Shown here: in pieces, positions 48,168 to 61,559 of the stretch | How positions within the stretch are numbered: the first letter of the stretch is position 1 | Layout of the letters: every line of letters begins with the position of its first letter | DNA from: Paragordius varius | Lineage: Eukaryota; Animalia; Nematomorpha | DNA length: 64,000 nt | Direction: 5' to 3' | NCBI GenBank assembly: GCA_964247055.1 | Contig: OZ176052.1 | Coordinates: 6,634,001-6,698,000, forward strand | Made by a program: the position numbers and the translations under genes | Notes under the pieces: generated by a model | The model's database searches: none | Seen by the model: only the letters and a program-made list of their open reading frames with translations | Told to the model about the DNA's origin: nothing

Positions 48168-51100
48168 ATGGAAGAAAAAAAGCCAAATCTTAAAGTTAAG
48201 AAGTTAATAGATATTGAAAAACACGTACAAAAATATTGGGATGAAAACCAATTTTTCGAATCAAATGCAAATCAAAATGAGTATAAGCATATTAATTTTG
48301 ATAGATTCAAATATTTTGTCACTTTTCCCTACCCATATATGAATGGGCTACTGCATTTAGGTCATGCATTTACATTATCCAAGTGCGAAGTAATTTTAAT
48401 CGTAATTTTCAGTTTGCTATAGGATACAACCGATTAAAAGGCCGTAATTGCCTATTTCCCTTAGGATTTCATTGTACAGGGATGCCAATTAAAGTAGTAA
48501 AATATATAATTTAAGGCGTGTGCGGATAAATTAGCTAATGAAATTGAGTCTTTTGGATTTCCACCCAACTTTCCTGTTAAATTAAAAGATGAATCTGATG
48601 AACAAATTACTACAAATGTTGGAAAAAGTAAAAAAAGTAAATTAGTTGCAAAATCTGGCGATGCTAAATATCAATGGGATATTATGAAACTCCTTGATCT
48701 TTCAGACGAGGAGATATTAAAGTTTACCGATTCATATCATTGGATTGAATATTTTACTAAGGAATCGATAAAGGATGTTAAATCTTTGGGATTCAAAGTA
48801 TGAATAAAATTATTTTAAAATTTGTAATCATAATATATACCTATGGTATTTAATTTGTTTAAGTAATTTATCACATTTTTATCTACTGACATAATTGTAC
48901 GCATGAAATTGGAAATTTATATAATAGGTATTATAATTATTAAAGGGGTTATTGCTGTTAAAAATGTAATAAAATTGAATAACTTAGGTCATTTTAACAA
49001 AATATTTATCCCAAAATTAGCCAAATGTTATATATTAAATCCATAGTTGTTTTATTATAAATAAAAAAATAAATGACCGTAGTTTTGATTTATAAAACTC
49101 CTAGACTTTTTATGGTTTAAAGACAGCTGAATTTTTTTTCGGTTTTAATCCTTATTTTATACCATTATAATTTTTATAATATACCATAAGAATATGCTTG
49201 ATTTTCACTATTTAATTTTTAAAGCAAACAGTCATGATAGTACATTTGTTTGGCTTTATATTTGTTATATTTACCAGTTATCATTATTTAATTTTTGTAT
49301 GTGACCGTAGTAGCCGAATCTACGGATGTGGATATTTTTTGTGATTGGTAAATTTATTATGAGATTATTAAGGGTCCGCCAAAGTTTGCAAAATTGAAAA
49401 TTAACCAGTTGAATATTTATTGAGGCTTATAACTTGAAAATTTTTTTATTCAACAAATAATTTTTGGATAACATATGATAATTATATATATCATTTACAA
49501 CTCAAAATCACCTCCTAATAATAAATTACGTGTTTTTAGGCTAATTTAGTATGAAATATATCTATACGTCAAAGTTAACTATTTGTTTAGTATTATTTTA
49601 TTTTAAAACGAAATTTCATTTAAAATATTGAAAAATATAGGTAATTATTAATATTTATAAAAGCTTAATTTATTTTAGAATGAATTTAATTGTTTGTGGG
49701 TGAATATGAATTGTTTAAGGGTGAATTTCAATTGTTCAAGGGTGATTTTAATTGTTCAAGGGTGAATTAGAGGATTAATTGGTATATATATTAAGGTGCG
49801 CTTAGATAAAATATGAATTATTAATATATGTTTTGGGAAACGGATTTGGTTAATAAGGACCACACAGATTTTCCTTTTACATAAAAATTGGAAAAGTTTA
49901 TGATAATCATCATAAACTAATTAGTTTAAGGGGCAGTTTATTCAAAAAACTCCTTGTGAGGGGGAGGGTTTACTGTAAAACTTTTATTATTTAATTTATC
50001 TTTTTCAATAGGTTGATTGGAGACGTTCATTTATAACAACTGATCTTAATCCTTTCTATGATTCCTTTGTCCGTTGGCAATTTAATCGACTCCATCAACT
50101 TGGTAAGGTTAAATTTGGTAAGCGATATACCATATATTCTCCCAAAGATCAACAACCCTGTATGGATCATGATAGATTGAGCGGCGAGGTAAAAACGATT
50201 TAATTTTAATTCAATTTAATTTGTCAAAAATATAGATAAAAACGTGATATTAAATATAAATTAGATATTTTATAGGGAAACGTTAATATTTTTTTTAATT
50301 ATAAATAGTAATCTTAAATTTAATTTATGATAAAATAAATATTTAATTTATTTGTTATAGGGGATTGGACCTCAAGAATACACATTAATGAAGATTAAAG
50401 TTTTACAGCCCTACAATAACGCTATCAAGTAATTCAGAATGAATTTTAACATTTAACCATTTGGGTATATGTTGCTATAATATGTAAAGTTGCCTTATGA
50501 GATAGAAAAGTAATATTCAAATGTATGCCCCATTAAGTTATTTAACACAAAATTATACTTTAACGAATTTTATTTGGTAGTAATAAATTTATTAATAACC
50601 AATGATTTATCACATTATACATATCCAGACAAATGTTCAATGCATCCAACAAAATACCCGACAAACACAAAATTTCTGTCCATCTTTTAGCTGCTACCAT
50701 GAGACCTGAAACTATGTTTGGTCAAACTAATGTTTGGATTCATCCTGAATTAACTTATTTGGCTTTTCTTGGTTACGAACAGCCAGAGTTTTCTGTGGGT
50801 GAACTCACAAGTCATCACGAACTGAAAAGTAATGGAAACGATAAACACAAAAAAGTGAATTATAATATAATTTATATTTTGTCATTTTTTTTGTTTTGTT
50901 AAAGAGACCTACAATTTTTATATATTTAACCTTAATATTTATATATCATACGGTAGCCAATTATTTTATACCATTTACAGTTCAAAACCACCCTTGAATT
51001 ATTTAAATTCACCCTCAAATTATATGTTTTTAAGATTAAAAATTACCTATATTTTTATATATTTTAAAAAAATAAAAATTTCGTTTTAAATTTAATACTG

Positions 51101-54100
51101 AAAAAATAATAAACTATGCCATAAAGATATATTTCATATTAATAATGAGTTATATTAGTTCGAAAACACATAATTTATTTTTAGGATGAATTTGAATTGT
51201 AAATGGTATGCTTTTTATCATAATACGCTCATGGAATATATTAATTATCTGTATATATAAAGGTGTATTCAATATACATTTGTTCCGAGCATGCGGCTCG
51301 AAATTTGAGTTATCAGGCATTTACTCCTCAATTCGGATTTTATGAAGTGATTGGCAAATTTTTGGGAATGGTATATTTTACATATTTGCGCTTTTTAATA
51401 ATAAGTTATTTAGCGGTCAATGAACATTAAATGGTTAACATATATTTTTATGGTTTATTTAGGAACTGTTAGGTATGAAAATTAATGCACCCTTTTCCGT
51501 ATATCCTTCTGTATATACTCTTCCAATGCTCACCATAAGTGAAGATAAAGGTTAATCCTTTTTTATCCATATATATTTCTAAATATGCTGTTATATAATT
51601 ATAAATACGATTTTAATGATGATCGGGATTGAAAATTATTAAAATAACAGCAACATACTAGCTAATTTACATATCTTTTAGGTTTTATTCTGAATTAAAT
51701 TAACGGCCGACATTTTTTGCTTTATTATTTTAGGAAATCAAAATGTAAAGGTATTAAATGAATTACATTTTAGCATTTAAACGCTTATATGTAAAACATT
51801 AATAATATTTCATTGTATAAAATGTTTCTATTATTTTAAAATAATATATTTAGGCACAGCTATAGTTACTAGTGTCCCATCCGATTCTCCTGACGATTAT
51901 GCTGCTTTAATGGATCTAAAAAATAAACCCGCTTTTCGACAAAAATACGGTATATCGGATGAAATGGTTATTCCTTTTAAACCGGTAAATATGTTAAAAA
52001 ATATGTAAACTTTTGCCATACTAGTTAACAACCATATTTGAATATATTATGGATTTGTCGAATCTAAGATTTTTTTCGTTGTTGACAGATACATTTAAAT
52101 TATATTTTAGTAACTTTAAATACTATATATGATGAAATAAATTAAAGTTGTATGACATATCGATTTAATTGTTAATGTTTGAAACATTTATAATTATTGT
52201 GTGATGTTGAGAATTTTTCTTATAAATTCTGTGTTAGATACCCATTCTTGAGATTGAAAATATTGGAGTCATGTGTGCCGAAGCTTTATGCAAACAGTAC
52301 AAGGTCACCAGCCAAAATGATCGTGATAAACTTAAACAGGCCAAAGATGTACTTTACCTTAAAGGCTTTTACGAAGGCGTTAGTATTTATTTATTATTAA
52401 AGTTAAATTTATTTAATTTTATTCATTTTTTTATTTTACTGCAGATATATAAAAATTAATGATTAAATTTGTTTTCTCAACCCAATACAAGTATAACATT
52501 AAAAAACCGTGTTTGCGAATCTAGAAAGTACATAATAATCAGCATAGTCCAATAAGTTAACAATTTTATTTACAAATTTTTCATAAGAAGCATTATTGTG
52601 GTAACATTTTTACTATATTTGGACATATATCAAAATATTTCAGGCCCTAAAATTTTGACATATTTTTGTTTTTTACTAGATTATGGTTATTGATGATGCA
52701 CGTTATAAGGGTCGAAAGGTACAAGAAGTGAAAAAAGAAATTCAACAGGAGCTAATATCACAAGGGCTTGCCAACATTTATATGGAACCTGAAGGGACGG
52801 TAATTTCAAGATCTGGAGATAAATGCGTTGTTGCACTTTGTGATCAATGGTTGTTATATAATTTTTTTAAAAATTTGCTAAAATACCGTTTATAATGATT
52901 TTAAAAGGTTAACTTTTTTCGATTGTAAATGTATTAAATAAATTTAAACATTTCGAAATTAGAGTATAATAAAGCATTAGGGGATTTCAACATTTTCACC
53001 TGTAATTAACACGGAATCGTAATGATATATTAGGTTTTTGGATTACGGTGAGCCTTTTTGGAAGGGTATGGTGCAGCAATACGTAGAAAATAATCTTGAT
53101 ACGTTGGAAAGTTCGGAAATTAGGAAAAATTTTCTTGCCACCTTAGACTGGTTGCAAGAACATGCTTGCTCTCGTCAGTATGGACTTGGTATTGCAATTA
53201 ATTAATTTTATTTAACAATTATCGGTATTATATATATATATATATTGCATCACTAGGTTGGGTAACCGGTTATAACTAGTATATGATTGTAACGGCTTTC
53301 AAAAACCTCCTAAAATTTTAATATTTTATTGCGAGATATCGTATTAAACTAAGTTTAAATAAATATTTAGTTTAAAGTTTTTGTTGCAAGTTTACCAGTT
53401 TGATTGGTAAAATTTTGTTTTCTGTCATATTAATTTACTGGTTTAAACCCTAAACTACATATAAAGCAGTTAGTCTGGTTGGTTTTGACAACATAAGAGT
53501 ATCATGTTATATATATATATATATATATTTGTAATACACCCTTAGTAGGGTAGATAAACCAACTTCAGCGCATTATTTTTTATATACATCTTCATTGTTT
53601 TGTTGTAAACGTGTTCCGCTTAATAGGAAGTAAAATACCTTGGGATCATGATTGGTTGATTGAATCATTGTCGGATTCTACTATATACATGGCTTATTAT
53701 ACCATTGCACATATTTTGCAGCAAGGTGATTTGGAAGGCCATAGCCGAAACAAATTCAATATAAAGTATTTTTACGCCCGTATTTTTATTAGTATTTTTT
53801 GTAACCACGCTTACATTTAATAGGTTTATCAAACGTTTATATTATAATTTTTATCCTATTATATCATTTCTTATTTTAAGTATTATTTATAATTTATTTT
53901 AAAAATTAAAATTACGCAACTATGACAAATTTTTGGAAATATACCCCAACGATATAGCAAAAAATTAATTTATAAGAAGTCGGAAATTCCCACGAATCCA
54001 AATAAGCAATTATATTAATCAGTAATATGTTTAAAAATTAATTTATGTTGAGAGTTATTAGTTTCGTATACAACAAAAAATTAATATTTAATTTTTATTA

Positions 54101-57100
54101 TTGTAATTTCATTGCATTTCTAAAAATTATATATACTATTTCCTCTTAAAATATAGACCTACAGATATGACAGATGAAGTATGGGACTACATTTTTGATT
54201 TACGATCCGCAATTCCCACAAACACAGCTATATCTGAGTCCGCTCTAAAACACATGAAACGTGAATTTCTATACTGGTACCCCATGGATTTACGTGTGAG
54301 TGGGAAGGATTTGGTTCCCAATCATTTAACTTATTGTTTGTACAACCATGCAGCTATATGGGCTAATGATAGGTTTACTTTTAATATTTATTCTTATATA
54401 AAAGATTTTCCATCCATAAACCCGCTAATAAAGATTTTAAATAAACCACGCATATTGACCAATTAGATCATGTTGATCAGCATGCACTTTTACGATTTTT
54501 AAAAAGGCCCATTTTTTAGTTCTAATTGTTCAAAGTTGAGAAGACTTTCCCATATATTTTAAATATTTGTGGATATTGTGGAACCCTTATAATGAGTAAA
54601 AAATGTAAATAAAATAGATTTAATTATTTTTTTAATTTTTTTCATATTTTTAAAAATACAGGTGCAATATTTATTTTTATATTTTTTCCACAATCGGACT
54701 CATTATGAAATCTCTGTTTTCTCGAATTTATTTAAAGTTTTTATTATAATTATTAATCGCTAGATCAAAATGGCCCAAAGCATTTCGTGCTAATGGTCTC
54801 TTGAACCTAAATTCTCAAAAGGTATTAATTTTTTATATTTTTAAAAAATGGTGTAATGTCTGATCCTTTATTGTGTATAATATTACAGATGTCGAAATCT
54901 ACTGGAAACTTTATGACAATCGCACAGGCTTTGGGGCACGATGAGCAACTACAGAGAGGTAATATCCATAAAATTCCCTACATATTTTTGTCTTTTTTTC
55001 TTAGCTAAAGCAAATTGGTGCCTATTGTGATTTTTACATAAAAAAATTATAAATTACTCAAATATTGACTATAATATATATCTTTCAAATTTTAAGCAAT
55101 TGCGTTTTTCCACTTAATAAAAAACTATTTGTCAGTTATCAAAACGATATTTCCCATTTCGAATAAATTCTTTTATATCGAACGGAATTCATTTTTATTG
55201 ATTGGAAGAAAGATTTTTTCGGCCTACAAATGCAGTATTATGACATTTTTATATGCAATTTACAGAAGGCCGTGAATTTTTTGGTGCTGATGGTACACGG
55301 TTAGCTTTGGCAGATTCTGGCGATTCCTGCGTTGAAGATTCCAATTTTAGCGTGCAAACTGCCACCGTTAATGGTGTCCTTAGACTTTATACTTTGTTAC
55401 AATGGATAACGGGATTTGTTGTGGAGTCATCGGGCATAAGTATTTATTTTTTTCGTATTTTGAATGGTATTAGCCATAAAGAGTTGTTCTACAATATGTA
55501 ATTACACCCTCTAAAAAGGCGATTGAAAGTTTAAGTAGATCTCGACGAAAATAAATCTATATCAAACAAATTTGCATGCCCTATTATCCAATGTTTATTA
55601 ATTGTCATTAGTTTTTTTATATATGGTTAAAACTCTAGTAATTTTGTTAAGTTTTTATTTTTTAGTGCGGTGCTACTTAACTAAACTAAGGACTAGTATA
55701 ATATTTATTATTGGAAATATATCATTTATTATCTGAAATCGATATCGAAAAAGATTATTGATCTATAGGAATTTGGATTTTTATTAGTATGTTTGAACAA
55801 ATAATGTGATTTTTCTCATTTTCCATAATAAATGATATTTATTTTATTCTAAATTTATGAAATAAATATTAACGAAATTTGCTATTTTTCTACAAGCTGA
55901 CATAGCTTCATTAGATTCCATGGTCCAAGATTTATGTTCAAGCTCTGGTTTTGGCAATGATACTATACGAAGAGGATCAAAATACACAAATTTTTTTGCT
56001 GATCGAGTCTTTGAGAAGTGAATTATAATATTTTTCTTATTGGTTAAATCATGATATTTTTAGGTGAAACGGCTTAATTGTTTAAAAAGTAAAAAGTATG
56101 GAAATCGTATTTATTTAGCATGTGTATTCGGTTTGATTTAATGGCATTTTTTAAAAAATCTATCGGGTTATGCTGGTTGCCGCATGATAGAGTTTTATAT
56201 AATATTTTACTCTTATAATTTAAACTTAATTTATTTAACTTTCTTACGCCATTATCTGATGGATAATAATTTGAAAGCAATTTATGCAATCATTTTTTTG
56301 CATATATAAATAATAAAATTAATTTGTATTTTTTTGTAGCGAAATCAACGATGCTATTCTGCAAACAGAATATTTTTTTGACCGCATGATGTACAAAGAG
56401 GCTCTCAAAATCTGTTTCTTTGAATTTTTGGTAAATTAATCTGCCAATATTATTGCTTTTAATGAATACAACTTATTTACCAGTTAATTTTTAGTTTTAA
56501 CAAATTTATAACTTTTTATGAAGTAAAACTCAGAAATATTAATTTCTTTTATCGAATATAAATAGATTGGCATGCATGCATTTAAGTTTTTTAAAGATCA
56601 AAATCGTATTAAAATATATTTACAGTATGCTTTTTAATGGTTGTTTATTTTACACTATAGCAGTGCAATTTGCAACACAGGAGTGTATGAAAAAAAGAAA
56701 GGAAATAATTGTTATTCACATTCTGTTATTTTTTCCATATACTTGCAAGTTTTTTCCATCTACTACTGTGTTGCCAATTTACTATAGTGTAAAATAAGCA
56801 ACCATTAAAATGCATACTGGTATTGTCATAGATTTTATTATTTTATTTTTGGCGTGTACAAGAAAAGTTTTATTATATCACAAAACATTATTTAGATCGA
56901 TAAATTTTACGCACTTCAAATAAAAAACATTATTAATGTGATTAAGTACTTGGTTGCACATTGTTTTAGATTATAATTATATTACGGTAAAATTTAATCG
57001 CCCGCATGTTATCTAAAAAATAATTGTTAAACCAGGATGCTTTTTAATACTAGGAAATAGTGTGTGTGTATATATATATCAAATATTTTATTTGGATAGA

Positions 57101-59886
57101 TTTTAGCACAAAAATTTTTTTAGTCAACGGTATAATTATGTGTGATTTTGTATAAAACACGTTTTCTTATGCGATTATTAATTATTTAATAGAGCTGCAG
57201 AGACAGGTATCGTGAACTTTGTATGGATTTAGGGATGAATTATTCCCTGCTTGCACGTTACATTGAAGTTCAATGCTTGTTACTTTCACCCATTTGCCCA
57301 CATATAACGGAATTCGTTTGGCTCAAATTGTTAAAAAAGGTTTTGTTGATCTTTATCCTAATCACACTTACTTCAAATACGATTTGACCACTTTGTTAAA
57401 GCGGCAAAACGAAAAATTTACTGAATATATATAGCTTAAATACAGTATAATTAATAATTAAAGACAAAATGTATCAAAACTATTACAAATATTAGTTTAA
57501 AAAGACAATCATATTTATCGTTTTGGTTTGCAAAATAAGGCAAAGATGTAATTGATAGCACATACTTTAAAGAGTATGGTTGTTTTTATAAAAATTATCC
57601 TTTAGTTTTCACATTTTTCCTTTATGAATTTGAGTTATATCTTAAATTTTAACATCGATCTGGAATATACCACAAACTGAAAAATATTTTTTAAAAACAA
57701 TATTCAATGAGCTCTAATAATTTTTTTAATAAATTAGGATTACTCTATTACATGTGCAAAATGGCCAATAGCGGGTCCAGTTGACAAAAATATTTTGGAA
57801 GCCTCCAAATATTTATGGAAAACTATTCATGATTTTCGCATTCATTTGAAAGGGTTAATGTCAGGGAAAAAGGTTGCCCCTTTTATTCCACTTAATAGAT
57901 TTCATAATGGTCTTGATTCTAACTTGCAAATTTTTAAAGATTAATTTAAATCTAATTTAATAAAATTTAACAGAAAGAATTTATCAAGAATCCAACATGT
58001 GCAATTATTTACGTGGCTAAAGATTTACCTGAGTGGCAACGCATAGTAAAGGAAACGTTAACCCATTTAAAAAAGGTTTTTGCATAAAACTCATATTAAA
58101 AATGTTATAAAATCAATGATATAATGGTTTTTTAACCTTTATGGTGTATTTGTTTTAGCATAATGGTGGAATACTTCCTGATAACAAAATTATATCTGAT
58201 GCTTTATATGGTAACTCGAGGTTGGAAAAATACAAGAAAAAACTCATGCCATTGGTTCAAACCATTAAAGTTAATAGAAATTTTACGAATATCTTTTGAT
58301 GCCACAATTAGGGTTTCGTTTAACCGGTTATAAAATTATAACCATTCTACCGCTTTTATATCTAAAACATAATTTAAACAATTATTCAATTTTGATTCTA
58401 TATTAGTTTCCATAAAAAATTACATCAATCCCATTTTTTACAAATTAATCTCTATATTATAATTCAGTCATGTGATAAACACACGACTATTTTTTTTATC
58501 GGTCATAGCGGTATTAAAACCGGTTAATAAATTAGCCAATATACTGCATCCCTTTTGTGTTTATTTTTTATTTTTATAATTTTTAGGAAAATTTTGATCA
58601 ACAAACTCTATATCCGTTTGATGAAAGAGAAACTTTGCAAAAAAATGAAAGATATATAGCCAACACTTTGGGGGTAAATTATCAAAAAAATATTTACATA
58701 ATATACTGGAATTAATTATATAATTTTTGTTTTATACTTTGATAGGATCAATTTTTATGGATATCATATATTGAATTTTATCACATAGTTAAAATTGGTC
58801 GAAATATTTTATACAACCGATATTGATCCTCACACGACGACTGACAAGGCATTACTTAATATTCGAGAAGAATGTTGCCCTGGGAAGCCTATTATTGTTT
58901 TCCATCAAGAGACTGTTCGCACCATAGATTTCATAAATAAGCAAGTCGGTGTCCCATACTTTGAAGTTAAAATCTCTCTAATACATGGCGAGAGTATTGA
59001 CACAGTTGTTACAAGTATATATATAAAGCTAAATATATATTTAAGGCCATATGGCTGACTTGACCTAATTTCGTCCTATGAATGAGTCATGCGAGTAAAC
59101 CGACTCATATCTTATTTTTGAGATATAAGCTTATTAATTTTGCGTCACAAAATTGCTGGCTCAAAATTTTTCCATCTCAATTTTTTGAGTGGAAGTTATT
59201 TAAGCCATTTATACCATTTGAGACATTCGCGGTATATCCCCCGAAATGCCTACGTTGCTCATTAACATGGCCCCCTTACATCAGTTAATAAATTCAAATC
59301 TAGTAGGGAAATCGTAAGCGGTGACAAGCAAAGCTTGAGCCTTTCATAAAAGTTAAAATACCGATTTGGATATTTTAAAAAACAAAATATTTTTATCAGA
59401 ATAGTTTGTAAGAATATAACAATTGCACAAAACATGTTGATTGAATTTTAACTTAAGCTGAATATATATTTTTCTTATATATTCATTTTAATTTTCATTA
59501 AAATTTGTTAATATAACTTTGCCCTATCATTGTTTTTGCTAATATTAATATTAAGTTGTTTTATATTACACTATTTTTTTGCAATAGAATTACGCAAGGT
59601 GTGCAATATTTCAGGCAATGATGACAGAAATATCCAATTATTCAGATTTAAGGATCCTGTTTTAGGGCCTCGAACATTAACATCTTGCCTAGATTATACG
59701 GACTATATACAGAATTTGTCCATAAAATCAAATAATACGCAAACATTAGATTCTGATTTTATACTTGAATTACTTCCTTCTAATGGCAAATTTATGTTTG
59801 ATGATCAAGATGGCAAAATCAAATTTGTTTCGGACAATGAGAAAGAATTTGAGATTGGCTACCAATTAATTTACCATGTAAATTAA
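48168..59886 (+). CDS. LARS1: Cytosolic leucyl-tRNA synthetase, complete, 26 exons: 48168-48389, 48413-48493, 48516-48797, 50012-50188, 50361-50428, 50629-50854, 51263-51370, 51463-51550, 51854-51984, 52238-52378, 52680-52849, 53034-53188, 53627-53765, 54157-54372, 54764-54821, 54889-54958, 55266-55439, 55897-56017, 56340-56430, 57193-57339, 57738-57872, 57974-58075, 58159-58269, 58587-58673, 58789-59014, 59588-59886
   Basis: Contains [15 protein letters not shown] (HIGH motif), [79 protein letters not shown]|MSKS and CCPGKP. All junctions are GT-AG and phase-consistent. Ends with TAA. Confidence 0.97.
48390..48412 (+). other. 23-nt spliceosomal intron (LARS1 intron 1)
   Basis: GTAATTTTAATCGTAATTTTCAG. 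Removal joins SKCE|FAIGY; retention frameshifts to TAG at 48420-22. Confidence 0.9.
48494..48515 (+). other. 22-nt spliceosomal intron (LARS1 intron 2)
   Basis: GTAGTAAAATATATAATTTAAG. Removal joins GMPIK|ACADK; retention frameshifts. Confidence 0.9.
49698..49768. repeat. Short tandem array of a 20-21 bp unit (GGGTGAATTTCAATTGTTCAA), about 3.5 copies
   Basis: Directly visible; forms one end of the dispersed repeat at about 49500-49770. Confidence 0.85.
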
Positions 59887-61559
59887 GGCTTTATATTTGC
59901 TTTCAAATAATATTGTGATTATCATACTTCATTAAATTATTTTGTCATTTTAGGTATTTATTTTCGTTATCACACATTTTTTCGGGCAAATTATTGCATC
60001 TTAACAAATTTTCGGAGATCTACAAAAAATTTAGTTAATACAACTAATAGAGCTTGTGCCTTTAGTCAATAATTAACAAACAATAATGTTTTAATACAAA
60101 AGACCAACAAGTTATTATGCATTACTAACGGTTTACATTTGAGAATTATTTTATTCAAATATGTTTAATTACTAATGATAAGTTAAACATAACATTTATA
60201 ATTGCGATTTTTCTTAATAAGCGATTGGTTATTTTAAAATGGCCTACATGTTTTATAATTTAATATCTGTTAAAACTTATGGTGGTCACAATAAAGAATT
60301 AGAAATGAGGTTTACCATGATCTAAATTGAGGCAAAGATTTCTTTTTATATGTCCTTGTGAATAAAACACCTTACAAAGAAGTTCTTGCATAATATACTG
60401 GCATGTTAATTCACCAAACGTGATATAGTCATAAATACGGGGAGAACGCAGTAGATTTGTTGGCCCAAAGTTGATGGGTTAAGCACTATATATACTGTTA
60501 CTTACATAATTATAGACGGGAATAATAATCAACTTTATTAATTTGTCGTCATTCTTATTTCAAAATACGAAGTATGTTTTTTGTGTAAAAAAACTTTAAA
60601 CCAATTTTATGTTATAAATCGAAATCTTGAGTCGAATTTTAATAAATCATAGGATTGTTGAGTGTTAGCAGATTTATATTTTACTTACGGGGAAAGAAAA
60701 TCAAAGATATTAGGGTTGCAAATTGCATTAATTTAGAATGTTTTTGAAAAAATAAGTTTTTTGAAAAATAAAATCATGGTGACATTTTTGAGATCTTGCA
60801 TAATTAATCCATTAAGCCTTAACAGTCTCACAACATTAAATAAATAATTTTTATCATCAAGTTTGATGTAATACAATTAACGACTAAACTAATTAAACTC
60901 TCAGCATTGCTAGAAAAAATTTTGGAGAGCCTATATGTACCCATTTTTGTGTTTCATATTAATTAGATTAAAATTAAAGGAATGTTAACTTAAATCATTT
61001 GGAGTACCAAAAATTTATATGTCTAGTCATCAAAATACGCCTCCATCTTTTAACATAAAATAAGCTGGGTTTTTTATATAAAAATTATATAAACCATTAT
61101 TGGCATCTGTTTGTTTTGGGTGACACAAATTCAAATGCCGTTATTATTGTACTTTTATAACCTCCATAAAAATTTAGGAGATGTACGCTATATAAGAAAT
61201 AAATGACAAAAAATAAAAATGCGTCAAACATCTGATTATATTTTGGCAACTTTTAACTATTAACAATGTTTACAGTTACATCATACATTTATAAAGGCAA
61301 TTAAAAAATTTAAACACTCAATGAAGCAAATTATAATTTTTATATTTTTAAAATTTACCAAATTTTGAGATGTTAAAATAAAAAGTGTAAGCCAAAATAC
61401 ATAAAATGTTATGTGCAAAAATTTTTAATAATAGCATTAAATATATCATATAATTTTATTAAACTCAAGAAACCAGTAATCGTATTAAGTAGAAATAATC
61501 AATTGAATCATACATTCAATTTTTAAATAAAAAGATAAAATTTGCATTCATTACCACCC

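Noticed and set aside
51611-51699. Box C/D snoRNA in LARS1 intron 8 (ATGATGA ... CTGA with a short terminal stem)
   Set aside because: No convincing C'/D' boxes or recognisable rRNA-complementary guide, and such motifs are frequent by chance in AT-rich introns.
59082-59288. GC-richer ORF in the last LARS1 intron as an alternative exon
   Set aside because: Exons 25 and 26 join in frame without it, it has no good flanking splice sites, and it has no LeuRS similarity.
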